A stretch of 64,000 bases of DNA from Octopus vulgaris (lineage: Eukaryota): the NCBI GenBank assembly GCA_951406725.2, contig OX597833.1, positions 20,894,001-20,958,000 on the forward strand, read 5' to 3'. Numbering within the stretch: position 1 is the stretch's first letter; each line of letters opens with the position of its first letter. The notes below the pieces were generated by a model, which worked only from the letters and a program-made list of their open reading frames with translations, was not told the origin of the DNA and searched no databases. Positions 12,557 through 24,407 of this stretch are shown piece after piece. A program made the translations under genes and the position numbers.

Positions 12557-13023
12557 TTAAAATATCTATAAATAGGTGCAGGCACGACTGTGTGGTAAGA
12601 AATTTGTTTCTCAACCACATGATTCCGAGTAGGGGTTTTCTACTATAGTCTCAGGCCGACCAAACCCTTGTCAATGGATTTGATAGATGGAAACTGAAAG
12701 AAGCCTGTTGTATGTATGTGTATGCATATATATATATATATATATATCTGTAAATATAATATGTGACAATTATTCAGTAGCCATGATAAAACTTCGAGTT
12801 TTGGATGTCGGGGTGGAAACCCAAGCCACCATCTCTTCACTTATCGGGCCATCAAAAAAATGCTATTGTTTTGATGGCCCGATAACTGAAGAGATGCCAG
12901 CATGGCATCTCAGAGTTTTATCATGTCAACCAAATAATTATCACATATTATATTTACAGATAAATTCCTCTATTTACATAATATCGAGGTCTCTTTCATT
13001 CTTTTGTTGTCTTACCATTTGTA

Positions 13024-13067
<44 letters not shown>

Positions 13068-13762
13068 TGTATATATCTATGTGTGTGTGCTTCTGTGTCT
13101 GTGTTTGTCCCCACCTCCACTTGACAACTAGTGTTAGTATGTTTACCCCACCCTCCACTACCTTAGCAGTTCAACAAAGAGACAGATAGAATAAGTACTA
13201 GGCTTCTAAACGTGACTCCTAGGATCGAGTTGTTTGACTAAAAACCCTTCAAGGCGGTGCCCCAGCATGACCGCAGTCAAATGACTGAAACAAGTAAAAG
13301 ATAAAAGTTGTAAAGATATATATGAGACAATGCTTCACTACTACTACTACTACTATTACTACTACACACACACACATGCACATATCATCTCATCATTTCT
13401 TGTCTGTCTCCCAAGCCAGCATTGGGTTGGATGGTTTCCCAGGAGCTGCTAAGCCAGAGGATGGTGCCAAGCTCCACTGTCTGCTGTTGGCATGATTTTT
13501 ATGGACGGATGCCTTTCCTTAATGCCAATGGCTTTACAGAGCGGGAAAGGTGGTTTTTACACCCCCACCTACCCACACACACATACATCCACACACACAT
13601 ATATATATGAAGGCCTTTTAGCAGCATGAATCAATCTCAGTACTGCTTTCGAAAGCCTGGTACTTATTCTATCAGTCGCTTTTGCCAAACCACTAAGTTA
13701 CAGTGGTGTAAACAAACCAAACTGGTTGACAAGCAGTGATGGGGAACATGCATACATACACA

Positions 13763-13827
<65 letters not shown>

Positions 13828-14115
13828 CCAAAGGATAATCAGAAATATAAAAAATTTCCATTACCACTGGCCTAGCATGTAAAAATTCAGTCAATAGACA
13901 TGCTAGGTCACTGGTAATAGAAATTTCTAATATTTCTGATTACATTTTGGTATTATTAATTATTGATAATTTCTTTTTCTGGATAATTTTCAAATTGAAA
14001 AGCCAGCATTATCATCTTCTGCCGACAAGGAGCTGTGCTTGCGTGGTAGATTTGAAAAATTAGAATGTATAAGCATGGGGGATATACTGAATTGCCTTGT
14101 GTATATAAATATTTA

Positions 14116-14206
14116 ATCTAAGGTGTACCTGCTGAAGAAGACTTCACCTAGCAAATTATTTTATTTGCTAAAAAAAAGTCTGAAACCATTGGTCGAGGAC
14201 TTAGAT
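14116..14206 (+). ncRNA. Type I hammerhead ribozyme (near-intact) in a Penelope-like/foldback element
   Basis: CTGAAGA 14132-38; stem II AGACTT/AAGTCT plus TAGCAAAT/ATTTGCTA; GAAA 14182-85; stem III ACC-ATT-GGT; GTC ending at 14194; stem I CCT/AGG plus ATCTAAG/CTTAGAT. Confidence 0.78.
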
Positions 14207-14266
14207 AGTAAATGTTTTTATTTTTCATTCCCTTTGAAATTTTATCCCTTAATAGTGGTTTGGAAT

Positions 14267-14300
<34 letters not shown>

Positions 14301-15020
14301 TATATATATTCAACGGGGTTCTTTCAGTTCTCATCTACCAAATCCACTCACAAGGATTTGGTTGGCCCAGGGCCATGGAAGAAGACACCTGCCCTAGGTG
14401 CCATGCAGTAGGACTGAACCTGAGACTGTAAGGTCAGAAATCAAACTTCTTATCACACAGCCACTCTTGTGTACATGTGTGTACGCAATTATTAACTACA
14501 CTCTTTAATGATACGCATAATCTTGCTACAATGTCCACGAGAAATAAACTTAAAACAAATATGCTTATGTAAAGTTTCAAAAGTGGAGATAAATTGGTTT
14601 GCTGTGAAGAAGAAGAAGAAGAAGAAGAAGAAGAAGAAGAAGAAGAGGAAATAACTAATAGATATATACACACACATTTACACACAATGCTTTCTTTTGA
14701 CTCACATATACAAACAAGTGTAAATTATACATACATTAAATATACATATGTACTAAACACAGTATAACTTTTCTTTTGAGGAAAATTGCAATGCTCTAAA
14801 CTATTTGCAAATCTCCCACCGCTCTCTACCTGTGTGTATGTGTGTGTGTGTGTGCACGCACTTGCATGTGTGTATGTATGTTGTATGTATATATGCTTAC
14901 ATATATTTTCACTTCTCTTTCACTCTCTATCCTATCTAATTATTTATCAATCTAAAAACACACACACAAACACACACTTCTTTCTCTCTCTCTCTCTCTC
15001 TGTCTATCTATTTATCAATC

Positions 15021-15060
<40 letters not shown>

Positions 15061-15472
15061 TGTCTGTCTGTCTCTCTCTCTCTGTCTCACTCGGTAATCA
15101 TGTCTCAGAGACATTCTAACAGAAGGTAAGTTAGGAGAGCTGAGAAGCGAGTTTATTTAATGAAAAGTTAATTACAACAGACAAGATGTAAAGACACACA
15201 CACACACATGTTTAGAACTTATTCAAAGCCACCATTTCGTATTGCTGAAAACGTTAGCACATTTTTCTATACAACTCTGAGAAAATTGCTTCCTAATGAA
15301 TCACAAATTGGATGTAACATTTAAGAGGCTTCTAAGTGGTCTGTTTCACTGATAGAAAGATTTTTTTTTAATTCAATAAATCACTAAGAATATGTAGAGT
15401 AATGGATATAAGAAATGATATTTCTTTGATAATAATGATGATAATAATAATAATGATAATAATAATAATAAT

Positions 15473-15935
15473 GTACATGTTTTGTCTGGGTATAAAAGAT
15501 GGGCTACAGCAAATATTCTGCTCAATACTACAGATTTGCTTATCAGATCCTGGTCACATTGTGAAATGTCCCCTTGGTGGTGGACAATACGTGCATCTCT
15601 GTGTTGAGAGGAATTCTTTGGGGTTTGAATAATTTACCCTTGGAAACATGGATGTTTCATTTAACATCCTTAAACAAACCTTATTCAGGGTCCTTTTGAG
15701 CAGGATGGGCCACTTGGTCTAAAGAAAATTCTGACTGGGCCCCACCTGCAAGGTCATGCACTGTTTATCTTGATATGAGATCACCATGTCACACACATAT
15801 GCTTGTGATGCATGTGCTTCGTGTACCCTTATTAGATGGGTAGTCATGATGGGTGTACCGAGGCTTGTATATTGGTACCCATGTGTCACTTTGATGGCAT
15901 GCACTGCTCTATCACACAATAATAATAATAATAAT
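15473..15935 (+). mobile_element. Interspersed retroelement 3' fragment embedded in (AAT)n
   Basis: Reverse copies at about 42310-42700 and 51690-52100; ends in (AAT)n. Confidence 0.6.
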
Positions 15936-16559
15936 ATCTGAGATAAGAGAAAAAAATCAATCAGAAAGGAACTCTATCTCACTCAAAATATCTTTTGATA
16001 AGCATAACAAATGCGCAACCGGTAAACTCTTACTTTTTTTATTCTACACTGAAATCTGACATTGAAATTTTCCACAAAAAACTGTATATTACACGCTTTT
16101 ACTAAATATCTTATTCTGAAACAGAACACTGTAAAAGACTCTTACTTTTTTCTTATACACTGAAATCATTCACAAAAAATGAACATTGTATTCTAACCCA
16201 ATTTTTCTCTTTTTTTGTTTAAAAAAGAACTTTCCCCTAATTAAATACACTCTCCCTTACTTAAATTATTTTGTCAGCATTTTCTTCATTTCCTTTTTTT
16301 ATATATCACAACTCGTGTTCCACATCTCCTTTTTTAAATATATATATATCATCATCATCATCATCATCGTTTAACGTCCGATGATGATGATGATGATGAT
16401 GATATATATATATTTAAAAAAAAGGAGATGTGGAACATGAGTTGTGATATATAAAAAAAGGAAATGAAGAAAATGCTGACAAAATAATTTAAGTAAGGGA
16501 GAGTGTATTTAATTAGGGGAAAGTATATATATATATACATATATAGTAGCTTGTATGTT

Positions 16560-17174
16560 GTTTTTGTGCGAACTGCCATGCTACACGACTGTGCTGGTAT
16601 GGTCTTGTGTTATGTATGGATGAGGACAGCTGTGTGAGGAAGTGCCACTCCCAGGAAGTCATGGCATGAGATAGTGAAGCATGACCTTCGAACAGTGAGC
16701 CTCACAGAGGCAATGACAGGAGACCATGACCTTTGGAGATATGCTGTGATTGAGAAGATCCGGCAACTAAAGTGAGATGGCAGTTATGGCCAATGCCAGT
16801 GTTGCATGTCCGGCCCATTTAAGAGTACCCTTGATGCGTTGGATGAGATAATATGCTTGAGAAAACCTGTTGAGTCAAGTAAACCCAAAATTGCAGCTGT
16901 GGCTAGTGCCCCCTGACTGGCTCCCATTCCAGTGGCACATAAAATGCATCATCCAAACGTGGTTGATGCCAGTGTTCCCTGACTGGCTCCTGTGTGGTGG
17001 CACATAAAAAGCACCTACTACACTCTCGGAGTGGTTGCATTAGGAAGGGCATCCAGCTGTAGAAACATTGCCAGATCAGATTGGAGCCTGGTGCAGCCGC
17101 TGGCTCTCTAGACCTCAGTCAAACTGTCCAACCCATGCCAGCATGGGAAACAGACATTAAACAATGATGATGAT

Positions 17175-17175
<1 letters not shown>
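16560..17175 (+). mobile_element. 5'-truncated RTE-clade LINE (ORF C-terminus, 3' UTR, (GAT)n tail)
   Basis: Degenerate LCWYGLVLCMDEDSCVRKC...RKSWHEIVKHDLRTVSLTEAMTGDHDLWRYAV, matching the RTE LRWxGHVxRM / RPxKxW pattern. Ends CATTAAAC(GAT)n. Confidence 0.85.
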
Positions 17176-17220
<45 letters not shown>

Positions 17221-18157
17221 ATTATTTGCCAACATAATGTGGCAGTCCTGGTTAGGATGAAAGTTACTGTTATTTATCCCCAGGAAGCATCGTCTACAGC
17301 TGGCTATACGACACTCTATCTGCATCCTTATATTTTTGAACAAGGGAGTTTAGCATCTGCACTCAGTGGGAATGCTAAACTCCCTTGTTTGAAAACAAAG
17401 GAAGCAGATAATGTATCGTATAGCCAGTTCGAGATGATTTTTCCTGGGGCTAAATAACAGTAACTTTCATCCTAACCAGGACTGCCACATTATGTTGGCA
17501 AATAATTTTTACTCTAGAGCACTGTTACTGAATGTCTTCTCTTGTTGAGAGATTTAGAAATAATAATTTATATATATATATGTATGTATGTATATACATA
17601 TTTCACTTTCATTTAACCAAATTCACTTACAAGGCTTTGGTCAGCCCAAAGCTATTGTAGAAGACATTAGCCCAAGTTGCCCTGCTGTAGGATTGAATCC
17701 AAAAGCATATGGTTAGGGTGCATACTTCGTACCACACAGCCATGCCTGCACCTTCCTGTGAAACCAAGCGTTACCCTAGCAAAAATTCAATGCCATAGGC
17801 CATTGTTTCTTTTAGAAGAATTCACATTACCTGCCGTGAACTATTGCTTCACCTGTTGGTCAGCTCTTTGATCACAAATTCACAAAATTTGTACCCAGCT
17901 CTCTTTTACTGTTTTACTTGTTTCAGTCATGTGACCGTGGCCATGCTGGAGCACTGTCTTTAGTTAAGCAAATCGACCCCAGGACTTATTCTTTGGAAGC
18001 CTAGTACTTATTCTATTGGTCTCTTTTTTTTGAACTGCTAAGTTACGGGGACGTAAACACACCAGCATCGGTTGTCAAGCGAATAATAAATAATATGAAT
18101 AATAAAAAAAACATTTACACAAAAATAAAAATGCAACAAAAAAAAAAGAATAATTAC

Positions 18158-18357
18158 TTGAGACTTTCACCAGTTTCACACAACTTATTAAAATCCTCGA
18201 GCTTCTCTTTAACAATCTCAAGATCCTGGTCACATTGTGAAATGTCCCCATCAAAAGATAGGTTCTGCTCTGCTTGTTCCCATCTATCAGCGAATTTCTG
18301 AACAGCAGTGTGGAAGGATGCAACATCAGATTCCAAATTGTTTCTCATAACATCCAT
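18158..18357 (-). CDS. DYNC2H1: DYNC2H1 exon (MDVMRNNLESDVASFHTAVQKFADRWEQ...LCETGESL)
   Basis: cag/gtaat junctions, 200 nt (phase 0 to 2). Resembles IEVMKGNVKSR...EKFKARWDQ. Confidence 0.92.
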
Positions 18358-19269
18358 CTGAAAGAGGAATAAATAGATGATTAGAAAGATGGATATCTTT
18401 TATCTTTTATTTTTTTATAATCTTTTTTTATCTTTTATTTTTTACTTGTGTCAGTCATTAGTTTGTAGCCATGTTGGGGCATTACTCTGAAGAATTTTAG
18501 TCAATCAAATCGATTCCGGTACTTATTTTTTTAAAGCCTGGTACTTACTCCATTGGTCTCTTTTGCCAAACGACTAACTCACGGGGTCATAAATATACAA
18601 GTTGCCAAATGGTGGTGAGGGACAAACACATACACAAAAACACACACAAACAGACAAACACATATAACAAATGAAAGAAAGAAAAAAATGGAATTTATGA
18701 CGACATCAGGTACCCAAGGACAGTGGACATGCTTTAAATGGCATAGTACCAAGAGTATACCCACTGTGATACCCGTGCCGGTGACATGTAATAAAACACT
18801 ATCTGAACGTGGCCGATGCCAGCGTCGCCTTGACTGGCGTTGATGCCAGTGGCACATAAAAAGTACTGACCAATCGTGGACGTTGCCAGCCCCCTCTGCC
18901 CCCTGTGCCAATGGCATGTAAAAAGCACCCACTACACTCACGCAAGTGTCTCCTACTACAGACCTGATCCAACCAAAGCCTTCTGAGTAGATTTTGCAGA
19001 CAGAAATTGGAAGAAGCCTATCATATACAGGTGCAGTGGGTAAATTGTCACTACTTTATATTTTCAATTTCATGCATATGCATTGTTTGTTTTTGATTTT
19101 GTTGACTACACAGTATAGTAGGGTCAGCTGGGCACTGTCTGTCAGAAAAACAGTACCATGATGTAATTCACTCTACCAGAAATTTGGAAATGACATACTA
19201 TAACTGCTTGGCACTCATACCAGTAGTTCCAATAAGCCTATTTAAGAGAACACTTCAATTACTGGACAA

Positions 19270-19800
19270 TAAACTACGCTTGTGAAGATCTGTTGTGAAA
19301 TTGTTGTTGTGGCTGATGACAGTACTGCCTGATTGGCACTTGTGCCACTGGAATGTTAAAAGCACCATTTGAGTGTGATCATTGCCAGGACTGCTGACTG
19401 GCTCCTGTGCTGGTGGCATGTAAAAAGCATCATTCGAGCATGATCATTGCCAGTGTCGCCTGACTGGCTCCTGTGCTAGTAGCACGTTAAAACCACCATT
19501 TGAGCGTGGTTGTTCTCAGTGCTGCTGGACTGTCTCCTGTGCAGGTGGCACGTAAAAAGCACCATTTGAGCATGGCCGATGCCAGTACTGCCAGACTGGC
19601 CCCATGCTGATGGCACATAAAAGCACCTACTACACTCTCAGAGTGGTTGGTGTTAGGAAGGGCATCCAACTATAGAAACTTTGCCAGATCAGATTGGAGC
19701 CTGGTGCAGCCTTCTGGCTCGCCAGCCCTCAGTCAAACCATCCAACCCATGCCAGCATAGAAAGCGGACGTGAAACGACAACCATGATGATGGTGATGAA
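19270..19800 (+). mobile_element. RTE 3' UTR with about 5 internal ~65-bp repeats and (GAT)n tail
   Basis: Same tail at 5833-5980, 46890-47080, 50860-51190, 61355-61672 (+) and 43870-44110, 55365-55600 (-). Confidence 0.8.
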
Positions 19801-20523
19801 ATACATGAAATACAATTATAAACATAATTACATATAGATAAAACAACCCATGCATACGCAACACTACAATGACCCAATAAAACAAGATAACCCATACAGC
19901 ACATATATAACACTGTTTAATACAAGCACTCTCAGGGTCAGTTACCTGATTTCCATACCGTGTAAGTGATCAAGGTCATAAGATTCTTCCTAAACGGGAT
20001 ACTAGTCTGGCACAGGGTTATCCATTTACAGCTGAGTGGGGTGGAGCAATGTGAAATGAAGTTTTTTACTCAAGAACACGAAGTACGGACCAGTCAGGGA
20101 ATCGAAACCACAATCTTGCGATCATGACTGCAACACTGTAACCACAAGGCCACGTGCTCTCACATGCTGCACTATCGCCGTCCAATGAAACAAGGCGACT
20201 CACACAGAATATATCCTATCCAATGATCTTGCAATATGACGTAAAACAATTCACACATCATACATTCTATACAGCGAACTGATGAAACATTAAACTAATG
20301 CCAGAGACAACAAAACACTTACTCTGTACCTGAAGAAAGAAAAGGGCACTTGTGTAAACAAATAAGCTGGAATAATAGCTTATGTTCAGATGTAAACAGA
20401 CCACCAACATGTTATAAAGAAAGCATTTTGTTTGTTTAGCTTGACCACATGTACAGCTTTTAAGCAATCCATTAAGTGAAAGCAATAAACACAGATAGAA
20501 TAGAGACGAGCTTGTATACTTAC

Positions 20524-20673
20524 TCTTTTAGTTATCATGGAATTATGGCTATCCAAAACAAGCTCAAAACTGTCCCAGTGGGAAGCAAGCTTCATGACGT
20601 TGTCCAGTTCTTGGCCGGCAAAGGAACGCAATAATTTGTTTTTCGCCTGAGCCTTTTCAAACAAGTCTTTGAT
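20524..20673 (-). CDS. DYNC2H1: DYNC2H1 exon (IKDLFEKAQAKNKLLRSFAGQELDNVMKLASHWDSFELVLDSHNSMITKR)
   Basis: cag/gtaagt junctions, 150 nt (phase 0 to 0). Resembles LFQEAEDKNRLLRTVAG...WDKFELMMESHQLMI. Confidence 0.95.
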
Positions 20674-22117
20674 CTGAAAGGGGGAACGAAATTGGAAATT
20701 ATATTTAAAGCACAGCCACAACACTGTAAAAGCAATTTCGGTTTTGTTACGCTGATAAAACGTGAGCACCACACAAACTTCAGTTCTAATAAAGAATGAC
20801 ATTTCTCAGGAGTGCCAACAGTAATTACCAATTCTTTTTCATTGCCAATCTATTTTTTCATTACCAAAAAAAAAAAAAATAAATAAATAAATAAAATAAA
20901 ATTAAAATAAAATAAAAATAAAACATACACACAAAAAAAAACAAAAACAATCTATTCTCTCTTTCTTCTGCGTAGATGGACTTCATTAAAAAGCAAATTA
21001 CAATTAATATCATTATTCTCTTTGTTGTATATGCTCAGTTTCCTTCGTCGCCTTTCTTGTCACAGTTGTCGTCATCATCATCATCGTCGTCATCGTCATC
21101 ATCATTATCATCCTCACCATCATCATTGATAGTGGTGATATCATCATCTTCATTGCCATCATTACATTATTAAACACGATCATCATCACCATCATTATCA
21201 TCATCATCATCATCATCTCAGTGATGATGATGATAGCAGTGGTGGTGATGATTATGGTGGTAGTGATGATGATAATGTTTATTATCATTAACATCATCGC
21301 CTTTGTCATCATCAGCAGCAGCAGCAGTAGCAGCACCATCACCTCCACTGGTGTCATCTCATCAAAGTTGTTTCATTTCTTACGTTTTTCTCTTCTTACG
21401 TAGACTTTTATTCTAATTTAATTAATTAGTAAATCATAGCTTCTTCACTTACATCACCACCATTCTTTTTTTTGTTTGTTTGTTTTTGCCCATTTATTTT
21501 TCAATTTTTTTTTTTTTGCATCTGAATTATTACGTTTCTATTGTTAAACAGTCGCAAGCATTAAGTGTTTGACGGTCACACACATCGGCCGTTCCGGAGT
21601 CAGAAGACTGACAGCCGAGATAGTCGACATGGACCAAATGTATAAACAACATTTACTTCCACCTCTTTCATGTCAAAGTTTAAAGACTTCCATACTTGAC
21701 ATTCTCTTTCATCCTCCTGGTGGTTGAAAAAGAAACCATTCACCTTGATTAGCCAATCAGAAAGCAGCTGATGAAGATAATTAGATCTACATGAAAACTC
21801 TACAGCTTGCCAAATATTTAATAACTTACCTAAGTCAGAAATCACAATAAGAATCTTTTCATTTTTTATTTTCTATCTTTTACTTGTTTCAGTCATTGGA
21901 CAGCAGCCATGCTGGGATACCACCTTGAAGGGTTTTAGTTGAACAAATCAATCCCAGTAGTTGTTCTTATCTTAAGAGTGATAATTATTCTATCAGTCTG
22001 GGTTTCAGGGACATAACCCTTTAGTATTTAAACCGGCCATATCCGGCCTGAATATTCTACATGTTTTATATTTGAACTAGCCATATCTGGCCTCTTACAC
22101 CTAACCTATTCTTTTTT

Positions 22118-22506
22118 TTATTCTTTTACTTGTTTCAGTCATTTGACTGCGGCCATGCTGGAGCACCGCCTTTAATCGAGCAACTCGACCCCGGGACTTA
22201 TTCTTTTGTAAGCCCAGTACTTATTCTATTGGTCTCTTTTACTGAACCGCTAGATAACGGGGACATAAACACACCAGCATCGGTTGTCATGCAATGCTAG
22301 GGGGATAAACACAGACACACAAACGCATATATATACATACATACGACGGGCTTCTTTCAGTTTCCATCTACCAAATCCACTCACAAGGCTTTGGTCGGCC
22401 CGAGGCTATAGTAGAAGACACTTGCCCAAGGTGCCAGGCAGTGGGACTGAACCCGGGACCATGTGGTTGGTAAACAAGCTACTTACCACACAGCCACTCC
22501 TGCACC
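22118..22506 (-). mobile_element. SINE family A, inserted into a TTAA-type MITE
   Basis: Full-length copy. MITE halves lie at about 22015-22110 and 22507-22640. Confidence 0.87.
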
Positions 22507-22729
22507 TATATTGACATTCTAAAAATAAATAATCACATCATTGAGATTTCAAAGCCATGAGATAATGCATGATTAATTCAAAACAATTTGAGTGAAAAGG
22601 CATTACATTTAACAGAGTAATCTGAACACTAAAAGGATAAACAAACCAACATTGGTTATCAAGCAGTGGGGGAAGCACAAACACAGACACACACATGCAC
22701 ATTCATACATACATACATATGTATGATAT

Positions 22730-23226
22730 ATATATATTATTTATAAAATCTGTTCTGTCTGTGTGTGTGTGTGTGTCTTCTAGGATATCGGGCATCCTCC
22801 ATCCGATTGTGCTCAAATTTCATATGTAGATACCGATGGTACCAGGACATGTATAAGTCTTGAAAAAGTTACAAAAATTGATTCCAGGTGAGAATGCGAT
22901 TGATAAAGCCTGGGAATGTGCATTTGTACATGCAAGTACATCAGCTGTTGCGATCGATACTACACGTATGCGAGAAAAATGCACATGCATTTTGCACAAA
23001 AAAAGCCAGCTGGCTTGAAATAATGCCACAAAATACAGTATATTTAAGAGACCAAAAATGTAAGATGCAAAAGAGATATTTTCTTCAAACTTGGCATGAA
23101 GGAAGGAAAGACTATTTGGTTTCTCAAGAAGTTTTTTTCTGCCTTAACTTCGTTTAACAAAACCAAAAATTTTATTCAGCAGATATGATTCAGCACCATC
23201 CAATGGACGGGAGGGCATTTTGCTCA
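22730..23226 (+). mobile_element. Possible non-autonomous Helitron/Helentron-like element
   Basis: 5' ATAAAAT..TCTGTCTG(TG)n followed by CCGATT..AAATTT, a layout typical of such elements; AT-flanked. Confidence 0.45.
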
Positions 23227-24279
23227 TATATATATATATATATATATATTGGCCTGCTCGCTTAGCCAGTGGGGTGGCGTCATTTGAAGGCTAGAACAAT
23301 GCGAACGCATTGTGACCAGCGATGTGTAACAACATCTGATGGTCTAGTCGGTCACGTGATCACGTGATATATATATATATATAAATTTAAGTCACAATAT
23401 ATCATAAAAAAAGTTCCTTAGTGTATCATTCTCCAAAATATAGGATATATAGTACAATACAAGAGAAAACAATATGAAATGTATATAGTCATAAATGACA
23501 GAAGTAGTTTGAGGAACATTTTGCATTAATGCAGAAGTGTAAGTAATTTATTTATTATTAAATATAATAATATAAATCATTTACAGGATTTTAAGTTATG
23601 AAACAATTTGTTGTGATACATGAATTTTCTTATTGTTAACTAAAATTTCATCAAACTATTTTTTCATCATTTATGATTTTGTCACTTGTAGAAAACGACT
23701 GTCTCTATATAAACCTGATGATTGCGTAACGCATGAATTTACTAGTTTATTTCAATATTGTAAAATTGTAAAAATAAAAATTGCAAATAATAAAACATAA
23801 AAAAAAGAAAGTCAGAATTTCAATGATAAATATATCCTTCAATACACAATCATACAAACTCACACACACACACACATATCTATCTATCTATCTATCTACA
23901 TACATACATACATACATATATATATATATGAGATTCTCTTTAGTCATGAATGACTATGGGGTTGTACACAGAAAATTCCCTTTTGAGGTACGAGTCTGGG
24001 CAAAGTTGTTAGTGGAAGACCTGCAATCACTCATGCATATCGATCTCCCTTCTCCACTCACTGATACTGTCCAAGAGAAAGGCAAAGGTCAGGACAATTT
24101 GGCACCAGTGATGTTGCAACCCTTTTCAACCCTTTGAGTGAACTGGAGCAATCTGAAATAAAGTATCTTGCTCAAGAATACAACACACAGGCTAGTCCAG
24201 GAATTGAACTCACAACCCTATGACAGTAAACCTGATGCTCTAACCAGTGAGCCATGTGCCTCCAGACACATACACACAC

Positions 24280-24407
<128 letters not shown>

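Noticed and set aside
19320-19630. CRISPR-like repeat/spacer array
   Set aside because: The 'spacers' are similar to one another, the array is part of an RTE 3' UTR, and there are no cas genes in this eukaryotic context.
20976-21173. Signal-peptide-like ORF MDFIKKQITINIIILFVVYA
   Set aside because: Runs into a (TCA)n repeat and stops; no phase-compatible donor to the nearby candidate exon.
21768-21810. Hammerhead at CTGATGA-AGAT..ATCT-ACAT-GAAA
   Set aside because: Four extra nucleotides before GAAA and no convincing stem I/III.
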